Shown one piece after another: positions 8,691 to 17,938 of a stretch of DNA of 64,000 nt (its first letter is position 1; each line of letters starts with the position of its first letter). Origin of the DNA: Dehalococcoidales bacterium (lineage in GTDB: Bacteria > Chloroflexota > Dehalococcoidia > Dehalococcoidales > Fen-1064). A program made the position numbers and the translations under genes. Below the pieces are notes generated by a model, which was not told where the DNA came from, did not search any database, and saw only the letters and a program-made list of their open reading frames with translations. The DNA lies in assembly GCA_036396095.1 (NCBI GenBank), contig DASWLM010000013.1:6817-70816 (forward strand), in the 5' to 3' direction.

Positions 8691-9530
8691 CTATTCTTTG
8701 GAGGCTTTAATAGAGAAAATGAGGGGTACCTTGTCGCCTTTTATTCTCCACCAGCCATCTGCTCCCTTTTCTGTGAAAGGGAAACAACGGTAAGCAGATA
8801 ACGGGAATTCGTGTAGATACTCAATCCTCAGATTTGCTCCGATGAGAGCATTGATAATATCTCCAAGGCTGTAAGTCCATTCGTATGAAGGATGGACTAC
8901 TGTAGCTTTGCTGGCATAGTCTCCCCCGGGTTCCCATTTTATAGGTTCTGGATTATGAAAGTAGGACTGGGTCACTTTAAAATCGGTGGCTTGCTCGGTG
9001 TTATCAAAGACCATTAAGAAAGGATGAAACTCTACGATATAAAAGAAGCCGCTAGGTTTTAAAAAATGTGCGATAATTTCTGCCCACCGTTTGAGATTTG
9101 GTAACCAACATTTGACGCCGTAGGAAGTGAAAACAATATCAAATTTTCCAGTCAATTTATCTGGTAAATCATAAATATCAGAGCAAAGGAAGTTCGCTTT
9201 CACCCCCACTTCGCGACTTAAATTCCGGGCTAAAGCAATGGCTTCCTCAGAAAAATCTATACCAGTTACTCTGGCTCCCAGTTTAGCCCAGGAAAGTGTG
9301 TCCATACCGAAATGGCACTGAAGGTGTAGCATTGATTTACCCTGTACCTCTCCCACCTCAGCGAGTTCCACCGGTTTTAGTGTCAATTTCCCCGCTTTAA
9401 AACCCTTAACATCATAAGACTCGGCTCTGGCGTGAATTGGTGTCAGTTCGTCCCATAGTTCCCGGTTTGCCTGTAAGTAATTATCCATTAATGCTTTCTC
9501 CATATAATTCTGACGCAAGTCAGGACTCAT
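8691..9530 (-). CDS. class I SAM-dependent methyltransferase
   Basis: Rossmann MTase pattern MLHLQCHFGMDTLSWAKLGARVTGIDFSEEAI. The start could instead be the internal ATG at 9503. Confidence 0.7.
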   Translation of the reverse strand: MSPDLRQNYMEKALMDNYLQANRELWDELTPIHARAESYDVKGFKAGKLTLKPVELAEVGEVQGKSMLHLQCHFGMDTLSWAKLGARVTGIDFSEEAIALARNLSREVGVKANFLCSDIYDLPDKLTGKFDIVFTSYGVKCWLPNLKRWAEIIAHFLKPSGFFYIVEFHPFLMVFDNTEQATDFKVTQSYFHNPEPIKWEPGGDYASKATVVHPSYEWTYSLGDIINALIGANLRIEYLHEFPLSAYRCFPFTEKGADGWWRIKGDKVPLIFSIKASKE

Positions 9531-9618
9531 ATAATCATGTGAAGGTAGATGAAGGGTCTACTCTTGTCCGTACGTGAAAACGAGTGGATGTAAAGAGTAG
9601 TGCAGGATTTGAACCCAC

Positions 9619-10824
9619 CTAGAACATCACGACTGTAACCGGGTCGCCCTTTTCCAGCAGGTCGATGTTCTCCGCAAGCTCTATGTAGCCGTCCGCTTCC
9701 GCAATACTGGTAATCGCCCCGGATTCCTTGAAGACCGGCACGGCTTCATCACCGACTATTTTCACCGTGAGAAATTGTCGACGTCCTGTGCTCATCGGCA
9801 TACGTCTTGATAGCTTTGCCTGTACCGTATCGCCCTTGCGTGGCGGTAGACGCGCCATTTTCCTGACAGACGGCATCAAGAAAAGATAAGAATTGATGAG
9901 GCAGGAGGTCGGATAACCGGGCATTCCCATCAGTGGCTTACCTTCAATCATCGCGAAAACGGTCGGTTTGCCGGGCTTGACCTGGACGCCGTGAAAGAGC
10001 ACGTGTCCCCACCCCTCGATTACATCTACCAGCAAATCCCTCGTACCGACCGATGAGCCACCGGAGAGCACTACCAGGTCGTATTTTAACGCTTCTCTGA
10101 TGGTCGCCTTCAATTTCTCCATGGTATCGCCGGCAATACCGATTCTGACCGGTGTGCCGCCATTGACACTGACCACCGACGCAATGGTATGCGAGTTGAT
10201 GTCGTAGAGCTGACCAAGCTTAAGTTTTTTACCGCCGGGTACCACTTCTTCGCCCGTGGGAATCACCGCAATTTTTGGTTTTTCATATACTGTGACTTTG
10301 GTCAATCCCTGCGAGGCAATCACCCCGATTTTCCCGGCATCCAGAAACACGCCGGCTTTGAGAATTGCTGCGCCGGCTTTAATATCTTCGCCTTGCTTGC
10401 CCACATTCGCCCCGGGAACAACTGCTTTGAATATCTTGATCTTAGCGCCATCCCGTTCCGTGTCTTCCACCATGACGACGGAATCAGCGCTAGTTGGCAT
10501 CATCGCACCTGTGGAAATCTGCAAGCATGTATTTGCATTCACCCGTTTCGTGGGCTTTTCACCGGCATGGGTCTCGCCGATAATCTCAAGAACCCTGGGC
10601 TTGAACTGCCCGGCACCGAAGGTGTCCTTTGCCTTGACCGCATAGCCATCCATCGCGGCACGGTTGAATGGCGGTACATCCATCAGCGCTGTAAAGTCTT
10701 CTGCCAGAACCCTGCCCACGGCTTCATCAATGGGCACTATCTCCGTGCGTGTGATAGCTTCGATATGGCGGTCGATAACGGCTTTTGCCTCTTCGTAGGA
10801 GAGGAGCGCGCGGAAGGGTCTCAT
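9619..10824 (-). CDS. moeA: molybdopterin molybdenumtransferase MoeA
   Basis: A 401-aa protein with typical MoeA N-terminus (SYEEA...I) and the MoCF-biosynthesis domain (LSGGSSVG.RD). ATGA-type overlap with moaB. Confidence 0.9.
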   Translation of the reverse strand: MRPFRALLSYEEAKAVIDRHIEAITRTEIVPIDEAVGRVLAEDFTALMDVPPFNRAAMDGYAVKAKDTFGAGQFKPRVLEIIGETHAGEKPTKRVNANTCLQISTGAMMPTSADSVVMVEDTERDGAKIKIFKAVVPGANVGKQGEDIKAGAAILKAGVFLDAGKIGVIASQGLTKVTVYEKPKIAVIPTGEEVVPGGKKLKLGQLYDINSHTIASVVSVNGGTPVRIGIAGDTMEKLKATIREALKYDLVVLSGGSSVGTRDLLVDVIEGWGHVLFHGVQVKPGKPTVFAMIEGKPLMGMPGYPTSCLINSYLFLMPSVRKMARLPPRKGDTVQAKLSRRMPMSTGRRQFLTVKIVGDEAVPVFKESGAITSIAEADGYIELAENIDLLEKGDPVTVVMF

Positions 10825-11324
10825 CGTGTTGCCTCCCTGACCAGGTGTCCGATTTCTGGCAGGATGATTTTGTCCATCGCCAGCGTTGCCGCGCCAAGAG
10901 AACCCGGAATACAGATGATGACTTTGCCATTTGTTACCCCGGCAATTGCCCGGCTCATAATAGACCCAGTGCCGATTTCCTGGTAGGTAAGCTGTCGGAA
11001 CAATTCTCCGAAGCCCTCCAGTTTCTTTTCCAGCATCGGAGTAATGGTGTTTACGGTCACGTCGCGTTTACTCAAGCCCGTACCGCCGCCGGTGATAATT
11101 ACCTGAATGTCGTCTCGTCGGAGCAGTTCCTCTATCTTTAGTTTGATAGCTTCAGAATCGTTCTTAAGGATGGCATAATACGCCACTTTATGACCGCTGT
11201 CTGTAAGTCGCTGTTTGATAAGTTTGCCGGACTCGTCATCCTGCTCGGTGCGGCTATCCGAGGTGGTAAGCACTGCACAGGCTACATTCGCTATTGAATG
11301 TTGTTTGTGTTCGTGATATCCCAT
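10821..11324 (-). CDS. moaB: molybdenum cofactor biosynthesis protein MoaB/Mog family
   Basis: MoCF domain pattern CAVLTTSDSR ... VIITGGGTGLSKRD ... IPGSLGA. Confidence 0.8.
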   Translation of the reverse strand: MGYHEHKQHSIANVACAVLTTSDSRTEQDDESGKLIKQRLTDSGHKVAYYAILKNDSEAIKLKIEELLRRDDIQVIITGGGTGLSKRDVTVNTITPMLEKKLEGFGELFRQLTYQEIGTGSIMSRAIAGVTNGKVIICIPGSLGAATLAMDKIILPEIGHLVREATR

Positions 11325-11333
11325 CGTAAGAAA

Positions 11334-11361
11334 TCCTAATATCTAAATCCTAAACTCTAAA
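11334..11361. repeat. heptad-periodic YCTAA array
   Basis: TCCTAAT ATCTAAA TCCTAAA CTCTAAA, immediately upstream of the moaB start. Confidence 0.55.
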
Positions 11362-11372
11362 AAGCTGACAGC

Positions 11373-11936
11373 TTAATAGTGTGGTTTACAGAGAATCTCC
11401 TTAATCTTCAGGTCGAAGAAATCGCCGGAATTCACCGGCCTAACGACTACGGCAAAATCAGCACCGCGTCCTGTCCCGGCAATGGTAATAACATCTTCAT
11501 CGGTGCGTATCAGCCCGGCGTCCGCGGCCATGACCGTAATTTCAACCACGACTTTCATTCCTTGTCCCATCAGCCGTAAGGTATTAGCGACAATATCACC
11601 GAGCAGATAGGTAGAGAACTTCTTGCGCATCGCGGCGCCCACACCTGAGAAAAGATGAGTCGCGGTAAAAATAGTTCCGCCGTTCTTAATAATCTTTTCG
11701 CGGTTTTCTTCAGTTAATTCCTGGGTGTTGGGACCATGAAAGCCGGCACTGTGAGTGACGACCACCACTTTCATGCCTTTGAATACTTCGACGGCACGGG
11801 CACCGGTATTACCCAGCGTGGAAGCCACCACAATGGTCTTGATACCGAGCTCCTGGGCGCGCTTTTTAGCAATCCGGAGCGTCTCCTCCATGTTGTCAAC
11901 ACCCGGTTTATCAAAGTAAACGATTTTCTGCTCCAT
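11373..11936 (-). CDS. stand-alone pyruvate-kinase C-terminal (alpha/beta) domain-like protein
   Basis: A 187-aa protein. Pattern IKTIVVASTLGNTGARAVEVF ... VVVVTH ... resembles the PK C-terminal domain fold family. Called from memory of this family. Confidence 0.55.
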   Translation of the reverse strand: MEQKIVYFDKPGVDNMEETLRIAKKRAQELGIKTIVVASTLGNTGARAVEVFKGMKVVVVTHSAGFHGPNTQELTEENREKIIKNGGTIFTATHLFSGVGAAMRKKFSTYLLGDIVANTLRLMGQGMKVVVEITVMAADAGLIRTDEDVITIAGTGRGADFAVVVRPVNSGDFFDLKIKEILCKPHY

Positions 11937-12043
11937 AGTTGTTGCCCTTTCATCCTTCAGTCAAAATCAGATTATCATCAAATAGGAAAGGAAAGCAAGC
12001 CGAATACATATGGTGATTGGATTCCCGCCTACACGTGAACAAG

Positions 12044-12063
12044 CATTAGAGTTTAGAGTTTTT
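12044..12063. repeat. short TTAGAGT heptad array
   Basis: CATTAGAGTTTAGAGTTTTT, upstream of nadK. The adjacent TGGATTCCCGCC...GTGAAC motif (12018-12040) recurs at 15270. Confidence 0.4.
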
Positions 12064-12103
12064 CTTGCATTTATGTTACACTTCTCTTATCTCGGAGATG
12101 CAG

Positions 12104-12937
12104 ATGAAGAAAGTCGGTATTATCTATCACCCCATGAAGAAAGAGGCAGTCAAGCTCGCTAAAGAACTGGAAAAATTCCTCAGTTGGCATGGCATAGTTG
12201 TCTGGTCTTGCTCCGCCTGGGAGAATAAAGCCGTACGCTCTAAAGTAAACGGCACCGACCTCATTCTCAGTATTGGTGGCGATGGCACCATCCTGCGCGC
12301 CGCTCAGGCGGTAGTCCCCGGTAAAATACCCATCACAGGTATCAATCTCGGTAATCTGGGATTTATGACCGAATTGAGTGTGAAGGAAGCAAAAGATAAA
12401 ATCGGCAGTTTGCTTGCCGGCGAAGGCTGGATTGATGAACGCGCCCTGCTGGAGGCGGAACTTACACCTGTGAATGCAGATGAAACCGGAAAATTTCATG
12501 CCCTGAATGACGTGGTGTTGGCACGTGGAGCGGTAGTGAGGGTAATTTTTGTGGAGGCTACGATTGACAACCAGCCAACGACTACCTATAAAGCCGATGG
12601 TGTCATTGTAGCGACTGCCACCGGTAGTACCGGCTATGCGTATGCCGCTGGCGGACCCATTTTACATCCCCATGCCAAAGAAATGGTACTGGCGCCGATT
12701 ATGCCCCATCTCAGCGCCAGCTATTGCCTCGTGTTACCCTCGACCGCTACGGTACGGCTCCGCCTGCAGACAGTACACCCGGCAAGTTTGAGCATCGATG
12801 GACACACGAACATCAGTATTGAGAGCGGGGCAGTTGTTACGGTGAAGCACAGTCGGGATACGCTCCGTTTCCTGCGGATTCATCCGGAGGCGGATTTTTA
12901 TAGTTCTCTGGAAAAGCGCCTGAAAGGGAAGCAGTAA
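12104..12937 (+). CDS. nadK: NAD(+) kinase
   Basis: GGDGT motif (SIGGDGTILRAA), NDVVL, and the TGSTGYA motif. ATG 12104 lies 7 nt after GGAG. Confidence 0.9.
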   Translation: MKKVGIIYHPMKKEAVKLAKELEKFLSWHGIVVWSCSAWENKAVRSKVNGTDLILSIGGDGTILRAAQAVVPGKIPITGINLGNLGFMTELSVKEAKDKIGSLLAGEGWIDERALLEAELTPVNADETGKFHALNDVVLARGAVVRVIFVEATIDNQPTTTYKADGVIVATATGSTGYAYAAGGPILHPHAKEMVLAPIMPHLSASYCLVLPSTATVRLRLQTVHPASLSIDGHTNISIESGAVVTVKHSRDTLRFLRIHPEADFYSSLEKRLKGKQ

Positions 12938-12938
12938 T

Positions 12939-13418
12939 TTGGCAAAGAAAACAACCATCAAGGTAGAAAAAGCCCTGATTAGCGATGTTCCCCAGATTCA
13001 CAAGCTTGTCAATTCGTTCGCAGGACGGGGTGAAATGTTGGCACGACCGCTAAGCGAACTCTATGAAAATATCCGTGACTTCTTTGTTGTCAGGAAAGGT
13101 AAGAAAATCGTCGGCTGTGCCGCGCTCCACGTGATGTGGTCGGATTTGGCTGAAATCAAGTCGGTGGCGGTTGACGAAGAGCTTCAGAAACAGGGTGTGG
13201 GTAATCAACTGGTGTCTGCTTGTCTCGCTGAAGCCAGGGAACTGGGTATTTCTAATATTTTCTGTCTCACTTACAAGCCGGGCTTCTTCGGAAAGTTCGG
13301 GCTGAAGGAAGTAGACAAGATGACTCTGCCGCAGAAGATCTGGACGGAATGCTATCGCTGTCCCAAGTACCCGAACTGCGATGAAACCGCCATGACGATG
13401 AAATTCCCAAAAGATTAG
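12939..13418 (+). CDS. GNAT acetyltransferase, short N-acetylglutamate-synthase-like (COG1246-type)
   Basis: TTG start. Pattern SELYENIRDFFVV...IVGCAALHV...LAEIKSVAV...QGVG..L and the C-terminal Cys pattern WTECYRCPKYPNCDE. Confidence 0.7.
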   Translation: MAKKTTIKVEKALISDVPQIHKLVNSFAGRGEMLARPLSELYENIRDFFVVRKGKKIVGCAALHVMWSDLAEIKSVAVDEELQKQGVGNQLVSACLAEARELGISNIFCLTYKPGFFGKFGLKEVDKMTLPQKIWTECYRCPKYPNCDETAMTMKFPKD

Positions 13419-13432
13419 AAAGCGAACTGGTT

Positions 13433-13969
13433 TTGGATAGAGAGAAAACTATCTCCAGCAAAGTGATTTATGACGGCCGGGCGGTGAAACTCCGGGTGGA
13501 TACTGTCCAGATGCCGGATGGACGTAAAACCACTCGTGAGATTGTGGAGCACTCCGAATGTATCGCTGTGGTGGCAGTCGACGAGAAAGATAATGTCCTG
13601 CTGGTCAAGCAGTACCGCACGCCAATCAAAAAGGAGTTACTGGAGATTCCGGCGGGTGGTATTGATGCCGGAGAAAAGCCCAGAGAAGCGGTACGACGTG
13701 AAATGCAGGAGGAGACTGGCTTTCTACCCCGGAAGCTGGTGAGACTGGGTGGTTTTTACTCGGCACCCGGTTTTTGCACCGAATACCTGCACCTCTTCCT
13801 GGCGACTGATTTAATTAAAAGCCAACTCGTTGCGGAAGACACTGAGAGTATCAAGCTGGAGCGCGTACCGGTGAAGGACATTCCCGCTCTACTAACTTCA
13901 GGTAAGATTGAGGATGCTAAAAGCATTGCCGGATTGCATTTATATCTGGAATACCGGAAGAAGCACTAA
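13433..13969 (+). CDS. NUDIX hydrolase (ADP-ribose pyrophosphatase-like)
   Basis: Nudix box GGIDAGEKPREAVRREMQEETGF. Confidence 0.85.
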   Translation: MDREKTISSKVIYDGRAVKLRVDTVQMPDGRKTTREIVEHSECIAVVAVDEKDNVLLVKQYRTPIKKELLEIPAGGIDAGEKPREAVRREMQEETGFLPRKLVRLGGFYSAPGFCTEYLHLFLATDLIKSQLVAEDTESIKLERVPVKDIPALLTSGKIEDAKSIAGLHLYLEYRKKH

Positions 13970-14358
13970 ATAATAATTTGTGTCCTTATAAAGTTACCGA
14001 GTTGAAATATATTGACACAATATAATAAACTAGTAGCGAACCTTTAAAGGGTAGGTATTCTATAATGACACGCCGTCGTTCTTCATAAAAACCGGCAGCA
14101 CCGTCCATGCCCCGATTGTTGTCGCTCAATGCTGGGTTCTTGTCATTGGGGACTCTATCTCGTAGAGCCTATTCTCAAAATTATTTAGAGATAATCTTGC
14201 CTTTATTTGTAATCTGATTTCGTCTTTATAGTGATAGGTGCTGGTCGTTCGATCCGGAATCATATGTAACTTTATTCCCTCTATCCGGGTATTCAATCAA
14301 TAGTGCTGCCGTGTGCTGGTATAAATTTCAAGTATTTTTCCAGTGAGGTGTCAGCGCT

Positions 14359-15234
14359 ATGAGGAATCCGAAAAAGCATCTTCACATTAGTTATTCCCAA
14401 AATGAGATAGTAAATCTAAAAATAATCGAGAAATTAGTCAATCAATCAAGCATTACTTATGACGACCTGGTTTACGATATAGGTGCCGGCGCGGGGGCTA
14501 TTAGTATGGCACTATTAAAGAAGGGTGCCAGAGTAATTGCTATAGAAAAAGACCGCGATAAGTACCTGAAATGTAAAGAGAAATTTATTGGCCAGGATAG
14601 GTTCGAATTATACCTCGATGACTTCCTCTTAAAAGACTTCCCAACCACTGGTAAATATAAAGTGTTCTCTAATATTCCCTTCTTCCACACGGCTGAAATT
14701 GTTAATAAAATACTTTTCAATGAGAATCCACCGGAAGATAGCTACCTTATACTCCAAAAAGAAGCGGCAGAGAAGTATACCGGGATTCCGAAGGACACTT
14801 TAGCATCACTAACTATAAAGCCATTGTTCTGGATTGATATCATATATCATTTCAATAGGACCGATTTCTATCCCGTGCCGTCTGTTGATATAGTCCTGCT
14901 GCAGATTGAAAAGAGAAGGTGCCAATTAATACCCACCCAGTATTACAATCTCTATAAGGATTTCTTGATTTCACTGCGGGAGGGAGCAGATAATACGATT
15001 AAAAAATCACTGAAACAACTTTTCACCTACGCCCAGGTAAAACGACTTGCGAAATTACTGCGTATTGATTTTCGGTCCAGCCCAACTGACCTCGATTTCA
15101 CTCAGTATCTGTGTCTTTTTCAATTCTATCTAGGCCATAACCTTAGAGGCAGGTCTTTAATACAAGGAGCTGAGCAGAAGTTGCGTCAACAACAAGCAAA
15201 CATCATTAAAATCCACAGGACCCGAAGTATTTGA
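14359..15234 (+). CDS. Erm/KsgA-family rRNA adenine N6-methyltransferase, Erm-like paralog
   Basis: Collinear with Erm proteins: YSQNEIV (SQNF region), VYDIGAGAGAIS (SAM motif I), VIAIEKD, YKVFSNIPFFHTAEIV (N-I-P-Y/F motif IV), FYPVPSVD. It is AT-rich relative to its neighbours, and a bona fide rsmA exists at 53215. Confidence 0.6.
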   Translation: MRNPKKHLHISYSQNEIVNLKIIEKLVNQSSITYDDLVYDIGAGAGAISMALLKKGARVIAIEKDRDKYLKCKEKFIGQDRFELYLDDFLLKDFPTTGKYKVFSNIPFFHTAEIVNKILFNENPPEDSYLILQKEAAEKYTGIPKDTLASLTIKPLFWIDIIYHFNRTDFYPVPSVDIVLLQIEKRRCQLIPTQYYNLYKDFLISLREGADNTIKKSLKQLFTYAQVKRLAKLLRIDFRSSPTDLDFTQYLCLFQFYLGHNLRGRSLIQGAEQKLRQQQANIIKIHRTRSI

Positions 15235-15269
15235 AGAAAACAGCCCAATATCGCTCATCCCTCTCCCTC

Positions 15270-15321
15270 TGGATTCCTGCTGTAGTTTACCCCGTTCACG
15301 GTGAATCCGTTCATGGTGAAC
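15270..15321. repeat. TGGATTCC motif followed by a tandem 15-nt direct repeat, each unit containing the palindrome TTCA(C/T)GGTGAA
   Basis: CCGTTCACGGTGAAT (15292-15306) and CCGTTCATGGTGAAC (15307-15321), in the convergent intergenic region after the erm-like gene. Confidence 0.5.
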
Positions 15322-15440
15322 CTGTACGCCGATACAAGATGGGAATGAAAATTAAGCGTGGTCATAATTATTGGCTCTTCGGGAATGCTCAGAATAAATT
15401 CTACGCGGTAATGCCATAACGAGGAAAGCATTATCGATAA

Positions 15441-15989
15441 CTAGCGTAGTTTAATGGCTGCTTCAAGCAACATTAGCTGAACTTTCTCAATGGGCAACTT
15501 CCGCACCTCGTCAATCAGCAACAAATCCGCCATGAGGGCGTAGTCATCTGGTACACGTGCATAAGGCACGAACTCACCTGCTTCAGCCAGATAGATAGGC
15601 CAGATAAAGTCCGGATACGGATACCTGTAACCCAGAGGCTTACTGCTCAGATGATGAAAATGCATAAATCCCAGAGGTTTGGTGATAGATAGCGTCCATC
15701 CAGTTTCCTCTAGTACTTCACGTCTTAAAGTTTCGTCTAATTTCTCTCCTGGCTCTACTCTTCCACCAGGAGTAATATAAAGTTGCCCATTTTTTTCTTT
15801 TACTACAAGTACGGAATTGTCATGGAAAACAATAGCACGCACTGACGATACATAATCAATGGGTGGGTTCTCATTACCCAAATAATAACTTATGCGGAGA
15901 GATATTTCTCCACCCCACATCACCTTGTTTTCGGAAATTAACGTACCGGATGCTAGAAATGCCTTGAGTTCAGCATTCATAAGATTCAC
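15441..15989 (-). CDS. NUDIX hydrolase
   Basis: Nudix box GGRVEPGEKLDETLRREVLEETGW. Confidence 0.8.
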   Translation of the reverse strand: MNLMNAELKAFLASGTLISENKVMWGGEISLRISYYLGNENPPIDYVSSVRAIVFHDNSVLVVKEKNGQLYITPGGRVEPGEKLDETLRREVLEETGWTLSITKPLGFMHFHHLSSKPLGYRYPYPDFIWPIYLAEAGEFVPYARVPDDYALMADLLLIDEVRKLPIEKVQLMLLEAAIKLR

Positions 15990-16061
15990 TTGATATTTGT
16001 TAGTTAGTTGTTGTTTCGAGTTTCGTGCTTCGAATTTTGAAATTCCCGCCGTGGGCGGGCC

Positions 16062-16406
16062 TTATCCCATCTTATCGCTCAGGCGTCTGCCGCCCAGCAG
16101 GTGCAAGTGAAGGTGCTTTACTACCTGTCCCCCCTCCTCGCCGCAGTTGATGACCACCCTGAAACCTTTCTCGGCAATGCCTGTCTGCCGCGCCAGTCTG
16201 TTTGCTACCAGAATCATGTGTCCCACCAAAGAAGATTGTTTTTCCGTCAGGTCGGTCAGATAGGCAATATGCTCGCGCGGGACAATTAATAGGTGCACTT
16301 GCGTCACCGGGTGAATATCCTTGAAGGCAATCAAAGTCTTATCATGGTAGACAGTGTCGCTGGGGATTTGCCCGGCGATAATTTTACAGAACACACAGTC
16401 TTCCAT
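16062..16406 (-). CDS. HIT-family (histidine triad) nucleotide hydrolase
   Basis: CVFCKI N-terminus and the HIT motif HLHLHLLGG. Confidence 0.9.
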   Translation of the reverse strand: MEDCVFCKIIAGQIPSDTVYHDKTLIAFKDIHPVTQVHLLIVPREHIAYLTDLTEKQSSLVGHMILVANRLARQTGIAEKGFRVVINCGEEGGQVVKHLHLHLLGGRRLSDKMG

Positions 16407-16410
16407 GCTC

Positions 16411-16968
16411 TTACCTCCGGTATTGCGCCTTTGCCTGCTCGAAGAGGTCGCCGCCGTATATGTCGTTCGCTACGATGGCGGGAAAGTCCTTAACAGTTAG
16501 CTTCAAGACCGCTTCCGCGCCAAGCTCCTCGTAGGCAATGGTTTCCGATTTCTTTATAGATTTTGAAATCAATGCGGCGGCACCGCCGGTGGCAACCAGA
16601 TAGACGGCTCTGTATTTTTTAATAGCTTCCCGGACAGCGGGAGAGCGGTCGCCCTTACCAATCATCGCTTTCAAGCCCACTTGAAGTAGGCGGGGAGTGA
16701 AGACATCCATTCGGGAACTTGTGGTCGGTCCCGCCGAACCGATAACCTGTCCCGGTCGCGCCGGCGATGGTCCCATGTAGTAGATGGTTTGCCCCTTGAT
16801 ATCAAACGGGAGTTTTTCGCCTTTGTCTAACGCCTGCACGAGCCGACGGTGTGCGGTATCCCGTCCCACATAGATAATGCCGGAAATAAGTACGGATGCA
16901 CCTGTTTTCAGCTTCGCGATATCCGCATCACTGAATGGTGAGGTTATACGTAACGGTTTATCTGCCAT
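16411..16968 (-). CDS. class I (Fe-S) fumarate/tartrate hydro-lyase, beta subunit
   Basis: Pattern GIIYVGRDTAHRRL ... YYMGPSPA ... GPTTSSRMD ... IGKG. Confidence 0.85.
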   Translation of the reverse strand: MADKPLRITSPFSDADIAKLKTGASVLISGIIYVGRDTAHRRLVQALDKGEKLPFDIKGQTIYYMGPSPARPGQVIGSAGPTTSSRMDVFTPRLLQVGLKAMIGKGDRSPAVREAIKKYRAVYLVATGGAAALISKSIKKSETIAYEELGAEAVLKLTVKDFPAIVANDIYGGDLFEQAKAQYRR

Positions 16969-17813
16969 TAGAGTACTACCTCTTTGTGTCGGGTGCTATG
17001 ACATTGCATATTGACTGCCACGGGCATACTGGCGATGTGGGCGGGCATCACCTCGGCGTGGACGGCAAGAGCAGTTACCCGTCCCCCCAATCCGCCGGGA
17101 CCGATACCCAGGTCATTGATTCGTTTCAATAGTTCCCGTTCTAATTCGGCAACTTCCGCATCCGGATTCGGGTTACCAACAGAGCGAAGTAAGGCGCGTT
17201 TCGCCAGTTCCATAACCTTGTCCGCCGTGCCGCCGATACCTACACCGACAATCACCGGTGGACAGGACTTGCCACCGGCTTCATCAACCGTTTTCACAAT
17301 AAAATCGATAATACCCTGACGTCCGGCGCCCGGTGTTAGCATACCGAGCCGGCTCATATTCTCCGCGCCGCCGCCCTTGCACATCACTGTGATTTTCAGA
17401 TGGTCGCCGGGGACGATTTCGGTGTGGATGATGGGTGGGGTATTGTCTTTGGTGTTAATACGAGCTGAGAAAGGCTGACGCACCATCGATTTACGTAAGT
17501 AGCCTTCTGTGTAGCCTTTGCTTACGCCTTTTTCAATAGCTTTGTTCAAATCACCGCCGACGATATGTACATCCTGCCCGATTTCCAGAAACATGACCGC
17601 CGTGCCGCAATCCTGGCATAATGGCAAAGACTCCTCGCGAGCGATGCGGGCGTTTTCAAGTAACTGTCGTAAGGTTTCCTTGCCCAGAGGCGATTCTTCC
17701 TCACGCTCCGCTTTCTTCAATGCCGTGAGCGCATCCTCGCCAAGTTCGAAGTTCGCCGATTGGCAGAGTCGCGCTATAGCTTCTGTGATTTTACTGGCTT
17801 TTATTTCTCTCAT
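16968..17813 (-). CDS. class I (Fe-S) fumarate/tartrate hydro-lyase, alpha subunit
   Basis: Starts at ATG 17813 (MREIKASKITEAI). Pattern LCQDCGTAV ... MCKGGGAENMS ... PPVIVGVGIGGT. 1-nt overlap with the beta subunit. Confidence 0.85.
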   Translation of the reverse strand: MREIKASKITEAIARLCQSANFELGEDALTALKKAEREEESPLGKETLRQLLENARIAREESLPLCQDCGTAVMFLEIGQDVHIVGGDLNKAIEKGVSKGYTEGYLRKSMVRQPFSARINTKDNTPPIIHTEIVPGDHLKITVMCKGGGAENMSRLGMLTPGAGRQGIIDFIVKTVDEAGGKSCPPVIVGVGIGGTADKVMELAKRALLRSVGNPNPDAEVAELERELLKRINDLGIGPGGLGGRVTALAVHAEVMPAHIASMPVAVNMQCHSTRHKEVVL

Positions 17814-17840
17814 TATTAGTGCCTTATCTTTTTGCCCTCT

Positions 17841-17870
17841 GTCGTTCTGATACGAAGCGAAGAATCTCAG
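17841..17870 (+). repeat. dispersed palindromic repeat, GTCNTTCTGA...CGAAGAATCTC family
   Basis: GTCGTTCTGATACGAAGCGAAGAATCTCAG, between mdh and the fumarase genes. Other copies are at 28527, 58327 and 58767. Confidence 0.55.
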
Positions 17871-17938
17871 GGTGGGGAAAGAAGTGAACCACCCCCTGCC
17901 GATACCCTTCACTATCGTTCAGGGTGACAATAAGATGC

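Noticed and set aside
9602-9621. A tRNA T-arm-like motif on the minus strand (GTGGG-TTCAAAT-CCTGC), just downstream of the moeA stop.
   Set aside because: There is no complementary acceptor-stem 5' strand (GAGTAGT) within ~70 nt upstream and no D or anticodon arms. The upstream part would lie inside the moeA coding sequence. At most this is a tRNA-3'-end-like fragment, not a tRNA gene.
10189-10986. A 265-aa plus-strand ORF (and other ORFs of 100 aa or more) antisense to moeA/moaB.
   Set aside because: It is a shadow ORF fully overlapping well-supported minus-strand genes, with low-complexity composition and no recognisable motifs. The same reasoning applies to antisense ORFs inside ftsH, the cca gene (41542-42168), etfA, herA, prfA and others.
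14065-14088. A mini-ORF, ATG ACA CGC CGT CGT TCT TCA TAA (MTRRRSS), considered as a possible erm leader peptide.
   Set aside because: It lies ~270 nt upstream of the erm-like start, and I could not identify alternative attenuator hairpins linking it to the erm SD. This is too speculative.
15231-15419. A 62-aa ORF downstream of the erm-like gene.
   Set aside because: It is built largely from repeat sequence (TGGATTCC and tandem CCGTTCAYGGTGAA units), has no SD, and lies in a convergent intergenic region.
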